Of a stretch of DNA of 64,000 bases, positions 19,178 to 28,338 are shown piece after piece. The notes below the pieces were generated by a model. That model was not told the DNA's origin. It worked only from the letters and a program-made list of their open reading frames with translations, and ran no database searches. This DNA comes from Candidatus Latescibacterota bacterium (GTDB lineage Bacteria > Latescibacterota > UBA2968 > UBA8231), in contig OZ241889.1 in NCBI GenBank assembly GCA_965203355.1, positions 3,584,001-3,648,000 on the forward strand. Direction: 5' to 3'. Each line of letters opens with the position of its first letter. Position 1 is the first letter of the stretch. The position numbers and the translations under genes were made by a program.

Positions 19178-20769
19178 CGCCGCGCGTCCGCTTAGGAGCC
19201 GCGCTGGCCGGCCTGTGGGCCGCGCTCAGCCACGCCGAAGTGCAGTTTGTCGAGGTGGCAACCGAGGCCGGGATCGCCTTTCGCCATCAAAACGGAGCCC
19301 AGGGGCAAAAATACCCAATGGAAACCATGGGCTCGGGCGCAGCCTTTTTCGACTACGATGGCGACGGATGGCTCGACCTCTACTTCGTCAACAGCGTTGG
19401 GCCGGGCGCGCTCTACCGCAACGCGCACGCCGGTCAGTTCACCGATGCCACCGACCCGGCCGACGCGGCCCATTCGGGCTACGGGTTGGGCTGTGCCGCC
19501 GCCGACTACGACGCAGACGGCGACTTGGACTTGTACATCACGGCGTACGGCCCCAACATCCTCTACCGCAACGAAGGCACGGGCCGGTTCGCAGACGTCG
19601 CCGACCAAGCCGGCGTGGCCGGCCCCGTCCTAGCCAATCCAGCCATGAGTACGGGCGCGGCCTTTGCCGACTGCGATTTAGATGGCGACTTGGACTTCTT
19701 CGTCGCCAATTACGCCAAGTTTCGCCCGGCGATCCACGAGCCCTGCCTCCGCTCCGGGATGGCGGTGTACTGCGGGCCGGAGGCCTTTGAGCCGCAGCGC
19801 GACGTCTTTTATCGCAACGAAGGGGACGCAACTTTTGCCGATGTCACCGAGGAAGTCGGGTTGCTGCCGGACGCCGCCAAGGAGTTAGGGGCCTTTTTCA
19901 TCGACTACGACCGCGACGGCGATCCCGACTTGTACGCGGCCGGCGACCGCACCCCCAACTTGCTCTACCGCAACGACAACGGCCGCTTTGCCGAGATCGG
20001 CGCTTTGGCCGGCGTGGCCTACAACGACGCCGGCAAACCGCTGGCCGGCATGGGGGTTGACGTGGGCGACTACGACGGCGATGGCTGGTTCGACTTCTTC
20101 GTCACTAACTATCAGTGGGAGACCAACAGCCTGTACCGCAACCTCGGCAACGGCTTTTTCGCCGACGCGACCTTTCAGGCTGGGCTGGGGGTTCCCAGCT
20201 TGCCGTTTCTCGCCTGGGGCACCCTCTTCATCGACTACGACAACGACGGCGACCGCGATCTGTTTGTCGCCAACGGCCATCTCGACGACAACATTCACCT
20301 GTTCGACGCCGTGACGTATGAGCAGCAAAACCAGCTCTTCCGCAATCAAGCAGGCCGCTTTGCCGACGCGAGCAATCAGGTGGGGCCGGGCCTCTTGCGG
20401 CGGCAAGTGAGTCGCGGCGCGGCCATGGGCGACTACGACAACGACGGCGACATCGACATCGCCGTAGCCAACAACAACCAACCGGCCGCGCTCTTGCGCA
20501 ACGACGGCGGCAACGCCCAGCACTATTTGAGCTTGCGGTTGGTCGGGAACTTTGTCGGAGCCGCCGTCCGCGTCGCCGCCGACGACTGGGTGCGGTGGGA
20601 TGTGGTGCGCGCCGGGTCGAGCTACATGTGCCAAAGCGCAATGCGTCCCTTTTTTGGCTTGGGCGCGCGCACCCGCGTCGATGCCGTGGAAATCCACTGG
20701 CCTAGCGGCGCTGTGCAGCGCTTACAGGACATCGCCGCCGACCAAATTCTAACCGTCCACGAGCCTTGA
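19174..20769 (+). CDS. CRTAC1-family protein (FG-GAP/VCBS repeats + ASPIC/UnbV)
   Basis: ETMGSGAAFFDYDGDGWLDLY, repeated DxDxDGDxD, C-terminal GSSY...FGLG...EIHWPSG. Confidence 0.9.
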   Translation: MTPRVRLGAALAGLWAALSHAEVQFVEVATEAGIAFRHQNGAQGQKYPMETMGSGAAFFDYDGDGWLDLYFVNSVGPGALYRNAHAGQFTDATDPADAAHSGYGLGCAAADYDADGDLDLYITAYGPNILYRNEGTGRFADVADQAGVAGPVLANPAMSTGAAFADCDLDGDLDFFVANYAKFRPAIHEPCLRSGMAVYCGPEAFEPQRDVFYRNEGDATFADVTEEVGLLPDAAKELGAFFIDYDRDGDPDLYAAGDRTPNLLYRNDNGRFAEIGALAGVAYNDAGKPLAGMGVDVGDYDGDGWFDFFVTNYQWETNSLYRNLGNGFFADATFQAGLGVPSLPFLAWGTLFIDYDNDGDRDLFVANGHLDDNIHLFDAVTYEQQNQLFRNQAGRFADASNQVGPGLLRRQVSRGAAMGDYDNDGDIDIAVANNNQPAALLRNDGGNAQHYLSLRLVGNFVGAAVRVAADDWVRWDVVRAGSSYMCQSAMRPFFGLGARTRVDAVEIHWPSGAVQRLQDIAADQILTVHEP

Positions 20770-20904
20770 TGGCAGCGGCGTTGCCCGATCTCGCCGCAGG
20801 TATTGTATTATGGCGCGATTAGTAGTTGTGTGCTTTACCTGTTTGCTCTAAGGTTTCAAGTTCATAAGCGACTCAATCCGCACCTCCCCAAGGGAGTGTT
20901 TTCG

Positions 20905-23432
20905 ATGGCAAAGCGTTTTTTGTGCGTCACCGCCTTCTTGTTGCCCGTCGTCTTGTTTGCACAAGACCGTCGAGGCGAGGATTATACCCGTTGGGGCTTG
21001 CCCGACGGTGCTGTCGCCCGTCTGGGCAAAGGCGGGGTTAGCACGGTGGCCTATTCGCCGGACGGTACGCGGCTGGCGGTCGGCGGCAGCATTGGTATCT
21101 GGCTATACGATGCCGCGACCGGGGCCGAAGTCGCCTTTCTCTCAGGCCATACGTCTTGGATCCGTTCGGTGGCATTTTCGCCGGATGGACTGACCCTCGC
21201 CACTGCCAGCGAAGACAGCACGATTCGGTTATGGGACGTGGCCACCAGAAAGCAACAGGCCATCCTACAAGGCCATACATGGTACGTCAATTCGGTGGCC
21301 TTTGCGCCGAATGGACTGACCCTCGCCACTGCCGGTACCGACGAGACGGTTCGGTTATGGGACGTGGCCACCAGAAAGCAACAGGCCGTCCTACACCATA
21401 CGTCTGGGGTCCGTTCGGTGGCCTTTGCGCCGGATGGACTGACCCTCGCCACTGCCAGTAGCGACGAAGTTCGGTTATGGGACGTGGCCACCAGAAAGCA
21501 ACAGGCCATCCTACAAGGCCATACGAATCCGGTCAATTCGGTGGCCTTTGCGCCGGATGGACTGACCCTCGCCACTGCCAGCGAAGACAGCACGATTCGG
21601 TTATGGGACGTGGCCACCAGAAAGCAACAGGCCGTCCTACAAGGCCATACGAGAATCGTCTCATCAGTGGCCTTTGCGCCGAATGGACTGACCCTTGCCA
21701 CTGCTAGTTGGGACGAAACGGTTCGGTTATGGGACGTGGCCACCAGAAAGCAACAGGCCGTCCTACACCTACACCATACGTCTTGGGCTTGGGTCCGTTC
21801 GGTGGCCTTTGCGCCGGATGGACTGACCCTTGCCACTGCTAGTTGGGACGAAACGGTTCGGTTATGGGACGTGGCCACCAGAAAGCAACAGGCCGTCCTA
21901 CAAGGCCATACGAGAATCGTCTCATCAGTGGCCTTTGCGCCGAATGGACTGACCCTTGCCACTGCTAGTTGGGACGAAACGGTTCGGTTATGGGACGTGG
22001 CCACCAGAAAGCAACAGGCCGTCCTACACCTACACCATACGTCTTGGGCTTGGGCTTGGGTCCGTTCGGTGGCCTTTGCGCCGGATGGACTGACCCTCGC
22101 CACTGCCAGTAGCGACGAGACAGTTCGGTTATGGGACGTGGCCACCAGAAAGCAACAGGCCGTCCTACAAGGCCATACGAATCCGGTCAATTCGGTGGCC
22201 TTTGCGCCGAATGGACTGACCCTTGCCACTGCTAGTTGGGACGAAACGGTTCGGTTATGGGACGTGGCCACCAGAAACAACAGGCCGTCCTACAAGGCCA
22301 TACGAGAATCGTCTCATCAGTGGCCTTTGCGCCGAATGGACTGACCCTTGCCACTGCCAGTAGCGACGAAACGGTTCGGTTATGGGACGTGGCCACCGAG
22401 CAGCAACAGGCCATCCTACAAGGCCATACGAATCGGGTCAATTCGGTGGCCTTTGCACCGAACGGGCAAACCCTCGCCACTGCCAGTGAGGACGAAACGG
22501 TTCGGTTATGGGACGTGGCCACCAGACAGCAACAGGCCGTCCTACAAGGCCATACGAATCCGGTCAATTCGGTGGCCTTTGCGCCGAACGGGCAAACCCT
22601 CGCCACTGCCAGCGACGACGAAACGGTTCGGTTATGGGACGTGGCCACCAGACAGCAACAGGCCGTCCTACAAGGCCATACGAATCCGGTCAATTCGGTG
22701 GCCTTTGCGCCGAACGGGCAAACCCTCGCCACTGCCAGCGACGACGAAACGGTTCTACTGTGGGATGTCTCAGGCGGCTTGACGGGTATTGTGCGGCATT
22801 TCCGGCGTACTGATGACGATAGGACGGCTCGGTCACAAGAGGTGGCCACTAGGCAGCAACAGGCTGTCCTACAAGGCCATACGAATCGGGTCAATTCGGT
22901 GGCCTTTGCGCCGAACGGGCAAACCCTCGCCACTGCCAGCGACGACGAAACGGTTCGGTTATGGGACGTGGCTACTGGGCAGCAACAGGCCGTCCTACAA
23001 GGCCATACGAGTTGGGTCTTATCAGTGGCGTTTTCGCCGGATGGGCAAACTCTCGCCACTGCCAGTTGGGACGGCACGATTCTGCTGTGGGACATGGCCC
23101 CCTATATCCTCGCCGCGACCTCGACAGCCGTTGACGCGGCAGTGCCCGTGCCGACCCAGACCGCACTCCTGCCCAACTATCCCAATCCCTTCAACAGCCG
23201 CACCCAACTGGCCTACCGGTTAGCCGCCCCCGGCTTGGTGCGGCTGGACATCTACAACGCCTTGGGACAGCCGGTGCGCACACTGGTGAATCAGATTCAG
23301 GACGCCGGGGAATACCAAGTAGCTTGGGACGCCCGCGACGGGCAGGGGGCGGCGGTGGCCACCGGCTACTATGTGACGCGGCTTTCTTATCCGGGCGGGC
23401 GGCTGACGCGCCCATTACTCTATATCAAGTAG
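20905..23432 (+). pseudogene. Secreted WD40-repeat protein with NYPNPFN/FlgD (T9SS type-A-like) C-domain, split by a 1-bp deletion at ~22277
   Basis: Signal peptide, WGLPDGAVARLGKG leader, 15 near-identical GH...WD repeats. One repeat reads CCAGAAACAAC instead of CCAGAAAGCAAC. Ends LLYIK*. The deletion may be a sequencing error. Confidence 0.8.
21145..23093 (+). repeat. Intragenic tandem ~126-bp WD40 repeats (15 copies)
   Basis: Near-identical units GGCCATACG...TTATGGGACGTGGCCACC. Confidence 0.95.
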
Positions 23433-23472
23433 CATTATTCCTGTCCAAAAGGAGACCGCATCATGCAAGCCC

Positions 23473-24237
23473 TTGCCACCTTTGACGATGCCCACCACGC
23501 TGTCCCCGGACGAATTGGCCGCCTTGCAGCAGCGCATCGACGACATCATGCTGGGCCGCGTCCGCTACCAACACATGCGCTTGCAGGTCGTCGAAGCGGA
23601 TGGCACAGTGCGCCGCACCCTGGGCAACGAGGTGCCGACGCGCGCGTACCGGCGCATCGACGATCTAGAGCAAGACCCGCTCTTCCTCGCCTATATCCAG
23701 CACCCGCTCTTCCACCAGATCGCCCGCCGCTACATCGGCGAGGAAGTCTCGGTCTTCCGCTCAATGTTTATGAATAAACCGCCCGAACTACGCCGCGAAC
23801 TGCCTTGGCATCAGGACGTGGGCATTGGCTGGGGCATCGACACCAACCCCATCGTCACCGTGTGGACGGCACTCGACGACGCGACCCCGGCCACCGGCTG
23901 CATGCAGATCGCGCCGGGCAGCAACAAGCACGGCATCATCAACGAGCAACACTTTCTCTCCGCCGAGCAAGAAGCCCTATACACGCCCCCAGAAGCGGTG
24001 ATCGACTTGGAAGCCCAGGCCGGGGAGGCCATTCTGCTGCACAACTTTCTGCTGCATCGCTCGGGTACCAACGCCACCGCGGCGGCGCGCCGCGCTTTTA
24101 GCGCGACCTATATGGATGCCGCAACCCGCACCCGGGACACCCGCCAACCCTTTCCCGTGGTCTTTGGCGCACAGGCGCTAGACCCGGCGACGGTCCACGG
24201 CAAACCGGCCGAGTTGGTCGCCCAGTTTTACGGCTGA
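23473..24237 (+). CDS. Phytanoyl-CoA dioxygenase (PhyH) family Fe/2OG oxygenase
   Basis: LPWHQD, VWTALDDAT...GCM...PGS, LLH.SG.N....RRA. Start uncertain. Confidence 0.85.
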   Translation: MPPLTMPTTLSPDELAALQQRIDDIMLGRVRYQHMRLQVVEADGTVRRTLGNEVPTRAYRRIDDLEQDPLFLAYIQHPLFHQIARRYIGEEVSVFRSMFMNKPPELRRELPWHQDVGIGWGIDTNPIVTVWTALDDATPATGCMQIAPGSNKHGIINEQHFLSAEQEALYTPPEAVIDLEAQAGEAILLHNFLLHRSGTNATAAARRAFSATYMDAATRTRDTRQPFPVVFGAQALDPATVHGKPAELVAQFYG

Positions 24238-24256
24238 TTCCCGCGTTAGCAAGCTA

Positions 24257-26209
24257 ATGTCAACAACGCCCGAGCCGACCGCAGACCCAGTACCGGCTTT
24301 TACCGCCAAATCCGTGCTGGTCGGATGCGCTGGAGCCTTTAGCGTGTCGGCCGGGGCCGCCTACGGCACGCTCTATTTGCACGGTTCTTTTATGGCGCTG
24401 GGCACCAGTATGCCTGGGGCCGTGTTCCTCCTCTTCCTGCTAACCCTTTTTATCAATCCCCTGCTCAAGCTCTGCCACCCACGCTTGGGACTCAATCGGC
24501 GCGAACTGCTGGTCGTCTATGTTATGATGGTGATGGCCTCGCCGATTCCAACCCTCTTTGTCGGCAAGTTCCTCAGTGCCATTAGCTATCCCTTTTACTA
24601 CGCCACCGCTGAAAACGAGTGGCGGGAACTGATCCATCCCTACATCCCGGACTGGCTGATGGTCCACGATCTGGAAACCGCGCGCAAATTTTACGAGGGC
24701 AGTGGCCGCGACGAACCCATTCCTTGGGCCGTATGGCGCAGCGTCATCGGGGTGTGGACGCCCTTTATCTGCGCCCTCTTCCTAATGATGATTTCCTGCA
24801 TGGCGATTCTCCGCAAACAGTGGATCGAACACGAGCGCCTGATCTATCCGCTGATGCAGGTGCCGCTGGCCATGACCGAAGAAGGCGAGGCCGACCAAAA
24901 ACTAAGTCCCTTTTTCAAAAACCCCGTCATGTGGGCCGGCTTTGCCATCCCCGCGCTGTGGGGCACGTTGCACGGGCTGTACAACTACTTTCCCGCAATC
25001 ATTCCCATCGCCCAGGACGTCGATCCGATACGCATGGAGGTGCCGGTTTTTCGCCGCACCGCCGATCTGTATGTCGCGCTGCGCTTCAACATCATCGGCT
25101 TCTTCTATTTTCTCAAGACCGATATCGCCTTCAGCCTGTGGTTTTTCAACCTGATCTCTTTTGCAGTGCGCGGCATTTTTGGCATACTCGGCGTGGTCAG
25201 CACCCAGACCGGCGGCGCCGGCCACGCCGTGCGCGATCCCTTTTTGGCCTATCAGTCCATGGGGGCGATTCTCGTGCTCTTTTTGGGCGGCATCTGGACG
25301 GCGCGCAAGCATCTGCAAGGCGTGTGGCGCAAGGCTTTCAAAGGCGACGATAGCATCGACGACAGCGACGAAATCCTCTCCTACCGCGCGGCCCTGATCG
25401 CGCTCGCGGTCTCTTGTCTGGTGATCGTGGGTTGGCTGTGGCTGGCCGGACTGCCGCTGATTTTCGGGCTGGCTATTCTCTTCTTGGGCGTCGTCGTCAT
25501 CTTTGGCTACTCGCGGGTGGTAGCCGAAGGCGGGCTTTCAGACGGCTCGCCGCCGGTGGTGCCAGCCGGGATTTTGGTGTCCGCAGTGGGTTCGTCGGTC
25601 ATCGGTGCCCAAGGGTTAGTTGTGTTGGCGACGACCTTCCTGTGGACCACCGGGCGCAATTTCGTCATGGTCTCCTGCGCCAACAGTCTGCGGCTGGGCG
25701 AGGAGTTGGGGCGCAACCGCCGACCGCTCTTTTGGATCATCGCACTCGCGCTGGTCGTGGCCGTGGCCGCAGCCGTGTGGATGGTGATGCTACTCAGCCA
25801 CAAGTACGGGGCGATCAACCTGTGGATCTGGAGCGGTGGCAATTACAGTTACATAGAGAAAGTCCTCCGCACACCGACCGATTTCTACGGCTGGGGCTGG
25901 GTCAATGTGGGGATTGGCGCGGCCATTATGACCGGCCTGATGGTCGCGCGCTGGCTCTACGTGTGGTGGCCGCTGCATCCGCTGGGCTACGTGATCGGGC
26001 CGATCTGGATCATGGACCACTTGTGGTTCAATATGTTCATTGCTTGGGGAATCAAGGTCCTCGTGCTCAAATACGGGGGGGTGCGGCTCTATCTGAAGAC
26101 GCGGCCCTTTTTCATGGGGATGATCCTCGGCTATTTCACGCCCGGCGGGTTCTACCTGATCGTCGATCATTTCACTGGCATGACTTGGAACGTGATATTC
26201 TGGGGTTGA
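24257..26209 (+). CDS. DUF6785/DUF6784-like membrane protein (paralog of 12426..14336)
   Basis: YYATAENEW, RKQWIEHERLIYPL, DDSDEILSYR, WWPLHPLG, PFFMGMILG. Confidence 0.75.
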   Translation: MSTTPEPTADPVPAFTAKSVLVGCAGAFSVSAGAAYGTLYLHGSFMALGTSMPGAVFLLFLLTLFINPLLKLCHPRLGLNRRELLVVYVMMVMASPIPTLFVGKFLSAISYPFYYATAENEWRELIHPYIPDWLMVHDLETARKFYEGSGRDEPIPWAVWRSVIGVWTPFICALFLMMISCMAILRKQWIEHERLIYPLMQVPLAMTEEGEADQKLSPFFKNPVMWAGFAIPALWGTLHGLYNYFPAIIPIAQDVDPIRMEVPVFRRTADLYVALRFNIIGFFYFLKTDIAFSLWFFNLISFAVRGIFGILGVVSTQTGGAGHAVRDPFLAYQSMGAILVLFLGGIWTARKHLQGVWRKAFKGDDSIDDSDEILSYRAALIALAVSCLVIVGWLWLAGLPLIFGLAILFLGVVVIFGYSRVVAEGGLSDGSPPVVPAGILVSAVGSSVIGAQGLVVLATTFLWTTGRNFVMVSCANSLRLGEELGRNRRPLFWIIALALVVAVAAAVWMVMLLSHKYGAINLWIWSGGNYSYIEKVLRTPTDFYGWGWVNVGIGAAIMTGLMVARWLYVWWPLHPLGYVIGPIWIMDHLWFNMFIAWGIKVLVLKYGGVRLYLKTRPFFMGMILGYFTPGGFYLIVDHFTGMTWNVIFWG

Positions 26210-26216
26210 TTTACAT

Positions 26217-26247
26217 TTGACAGGCATCTGCCATTTTGCGTTATATT
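26217..26247 (+). promoter_or_regulatory. Possible sigma70 promoter for the second envelope module
   Basis: TTGACA (26217) and TATATT (26242) with a 19-bp spacer, upstream of an AGGAG RBS. Confidence 0.35.
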
Positions 26248-26283
26248 CGCCGTGAGAGTTCCTGCTTTCAGGAGATGGCCGAT

Positions 26284-28335
26284 ATGAAATCCAAGCTCTG
26301 TTTGGCAGCAGTGTGCATGGCCACAGTCCAAGTCTGCACAGCGAGAGCGCAAGTGTCGCAATTCCACCTCGGCGGCGCATCGGGCCTCGACTGGGAAGAG
26401 CAGACGCTGGTCAACTTGATGGTGGATAACACCACGGCCCCGGGATCGATCCAACCGCTCGAACTCAAGCCCGACGTCAATGTGGTGACCTTGCTGCGCC
26501 ACTGGACGCGCTATCGGCAGCCAATCGACATCAACTACCAAGAGGGGATGCCTCGCGTCTGGCGGGCAATCGGCGACGTTTCCCGGCCCGGGCACGTCTC
26601 CAACCCGATGGAATTCATCGACGGGGATCTCAACACTTTTTACGAAGGTCGCGATTTTCAAGGCAGTGGCGGACTAGGGGGGATCTGGGGCGAGTTTTAC
26701 ACGCTCGATATGGGCATGCAGATTCCCGCCGATCGCTTCAAATTGGTGCCGCCCGAAGGCAACGACCCCTTCTTCCAAGAGCCGTACCGACCCAACTACA
26801 AGTTCGAGGCCTACGAGCTGACGGCCAGCAACGACAAGGTCGCGGTCGAAAGCCAACAACCTCCGCAATTTCGCTCGGGCGTCGCCGGTACGCAGGAGAC
26901 GGACTACTACCTGCCGCTGGACAAACGGTTGGCCAAGGTGGACCAGAACTTCGACGCCGTTATCGAGATCGACTTTCCCCTCCAGTATCTACGTTTCTTC
27001 CGCATGCGAGTGCTGCCAGATGCCCCGCCGAAATTCACGCGCTACGCGCTGGCCGAGCTAGAGGTCTACGGGCGCGGTTTCGTCCCCCGGGCGCGCTGGC
27101 TATCGCAGGTGATCGACATGGGTGATGTGGTCAATATCGGCGAGGTGAACTTCGGCTTGAGCACCTATCGGCGCGACCGGGATCAATGGGTCGAATCGCC
27201 CGACGCCAAGGCCGGAGTCAACATCGAGCTCAAGACGGGGCTAGACGACGGCCCCATCGCCTATCACTCGTACAACGACTTGGCCCAGCCCGTGGAAGTG
27301 GAAAAGGATGTCTATGCCAAGCTCAAGCCGCGCGTGTGGCCGTGGGATCCACCGGCTGTGGGTTGGCAGGGCGTCATCGCCGATGACATCAACAACTGGA
27401 GCTTCTGGTCGCCGCCGATCCGGGATCCGGGACAGCGGCCCCGCGTACCTAAGGGACGCTATATTCAGCTGCAAATCCAGCTAGAAACCGAAGCCTTGTG
27501 GGAGTTTGCTCGCCTCGACTGGATCACCATCGAAACCGCCCCGCTTTTGGCCGACCGGATCTTGGGCGAGGTCGCTGCGGTCGACCAGTTGCACCCGGCC
27601 GGCAAAGTACCCCAAGTGCCTGCGGGCGAGCCGACCGAGTTCGTCCTCGGCCTGCGCGCTGAGTTCTCGGCTGCCGGACAGCAGGGGTTTGACGCGGTGC
27701 GGCTAGGCCTGCCTTCTACGGGCCGGGTGCTGGGGCTGGAGATGGGCGAGCCGCTGGCGCCTGTGGAGCCGGACAGCATTGTCGTCGAAGGGAGCGAATT
27801 GGCCGTCTATTTGCCGCAGCGAATCGGGCCGGGCACCAACGACGATCTTCGGTTGCGCTTAGAAACGACGGTGTACGGTGCGTCCGACCAGTTGCGCGCC
27901 GAGGTTTTTGCGCGGCAGAGCGATTCGCTGCCGCAAAGCGTGGAAGGGGGCGACGCCAGCAGCGAATTGGGCACCGACCAACTGCGGGTATTAGCCAGTT
28001 CCGGTTCTCTCGAATCCGTGCTGTCCGACGTAGTGATCACCCCCGCCGTATGTACGCCCCAAGGAGACGCTATCAACGACCAAGTGGCCATTGAGTACAC
28101 CTTGTTCAGCGTGCTCAATGCGGTCGAAGTGGACGTCGAGTTGCTAACCTTGGCCGGTCGGCGGGTGCGGAGCCTGTCGGGTGGAGTGCAGGGTACGGGG
28201 TATCACTCGCTGCAATGGGATGGTCGCGACGAAGCCAATCAACTCGTCGCGCCAGGCGTGTATCTGGCGCGCATTGAGGCCAACACCGACCGCGGCCGAG
28301 TGGTGCGCTTCGGGGCCGTGGCCGTAGCCTACTAA
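26284..28335 (+). CDS. Secreted TPNGDG/FlgD-Ig protein, VAY-family paralog 3
   Basis: AGGAG RBS, signal peptide, WSFWS...GRYIQ, CTPQGDAIND, WDGRD...PGVY, ends VAVAY*. Confidence 0.8.
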   Translation: MKSKLCLAAVCMATVQVCTARAQVSQFHLGGASGLDWEEQTLVNLMVDNTTAPGSIQPLELKPDVNVVTLLRHWTRYRQPIDINYQEGMPRVWRAIGDVSRPGHVSNPMEFIDGDLNTFYEGRDFQGSGGLGGIWGEFYTLDMGMQIPADRFKLVPPEGNDPFFQEPYRPNYKFEAYELTASNDKVAVESQQPPQFRSGVAGTQETDYYLPLDKRLAKVDQNFDAVIEIDFPLQYLRFFRMRVLPDAPPKFTRYALAELEVYGRGFVPRARWLSQVIDMGDVVNIGEVNFGLSTYRRDRDQWVESPDAKAGVNIELKTGLDDGPIAYHSYNDLAQPVEVEKDVYAKLKPRVWPWDPPAVGWQGVIADDINNWSFWSPPIRDPGQRPRVPKGRYIQLQIQLETEALWEFARLDWITIETAPLLADRILGEVAAVDQLHPAGKVPQVPAGEPTEFVLGLRAEFSAAGQQGFDAVRLGLPSTGRVLGLEMGEPLAPVEPDSIVVEGSELAVYLPQRIGPGTNDDLRLRLETTVYGASDQLRAEVFARQSDSLPQSVEGGDASSELGTDQLRVLASSGSLESVLSDVVITPAVCTPQGDAINDQVAIEYTLFSVLNAVEVDVELLTLAGRRVRSLSGGVQGTGYHSLQWDGRDEANQLVAPGVYLARIEANTDRGRVVRFGAVAVAY

Positions 28336-28338
28336 GCC

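Noticed and set aside
21051-23095. Long antisense ORFs over the WD40 gene
   Set aside because: Shadow frames produced by stop-free tandem repeats.
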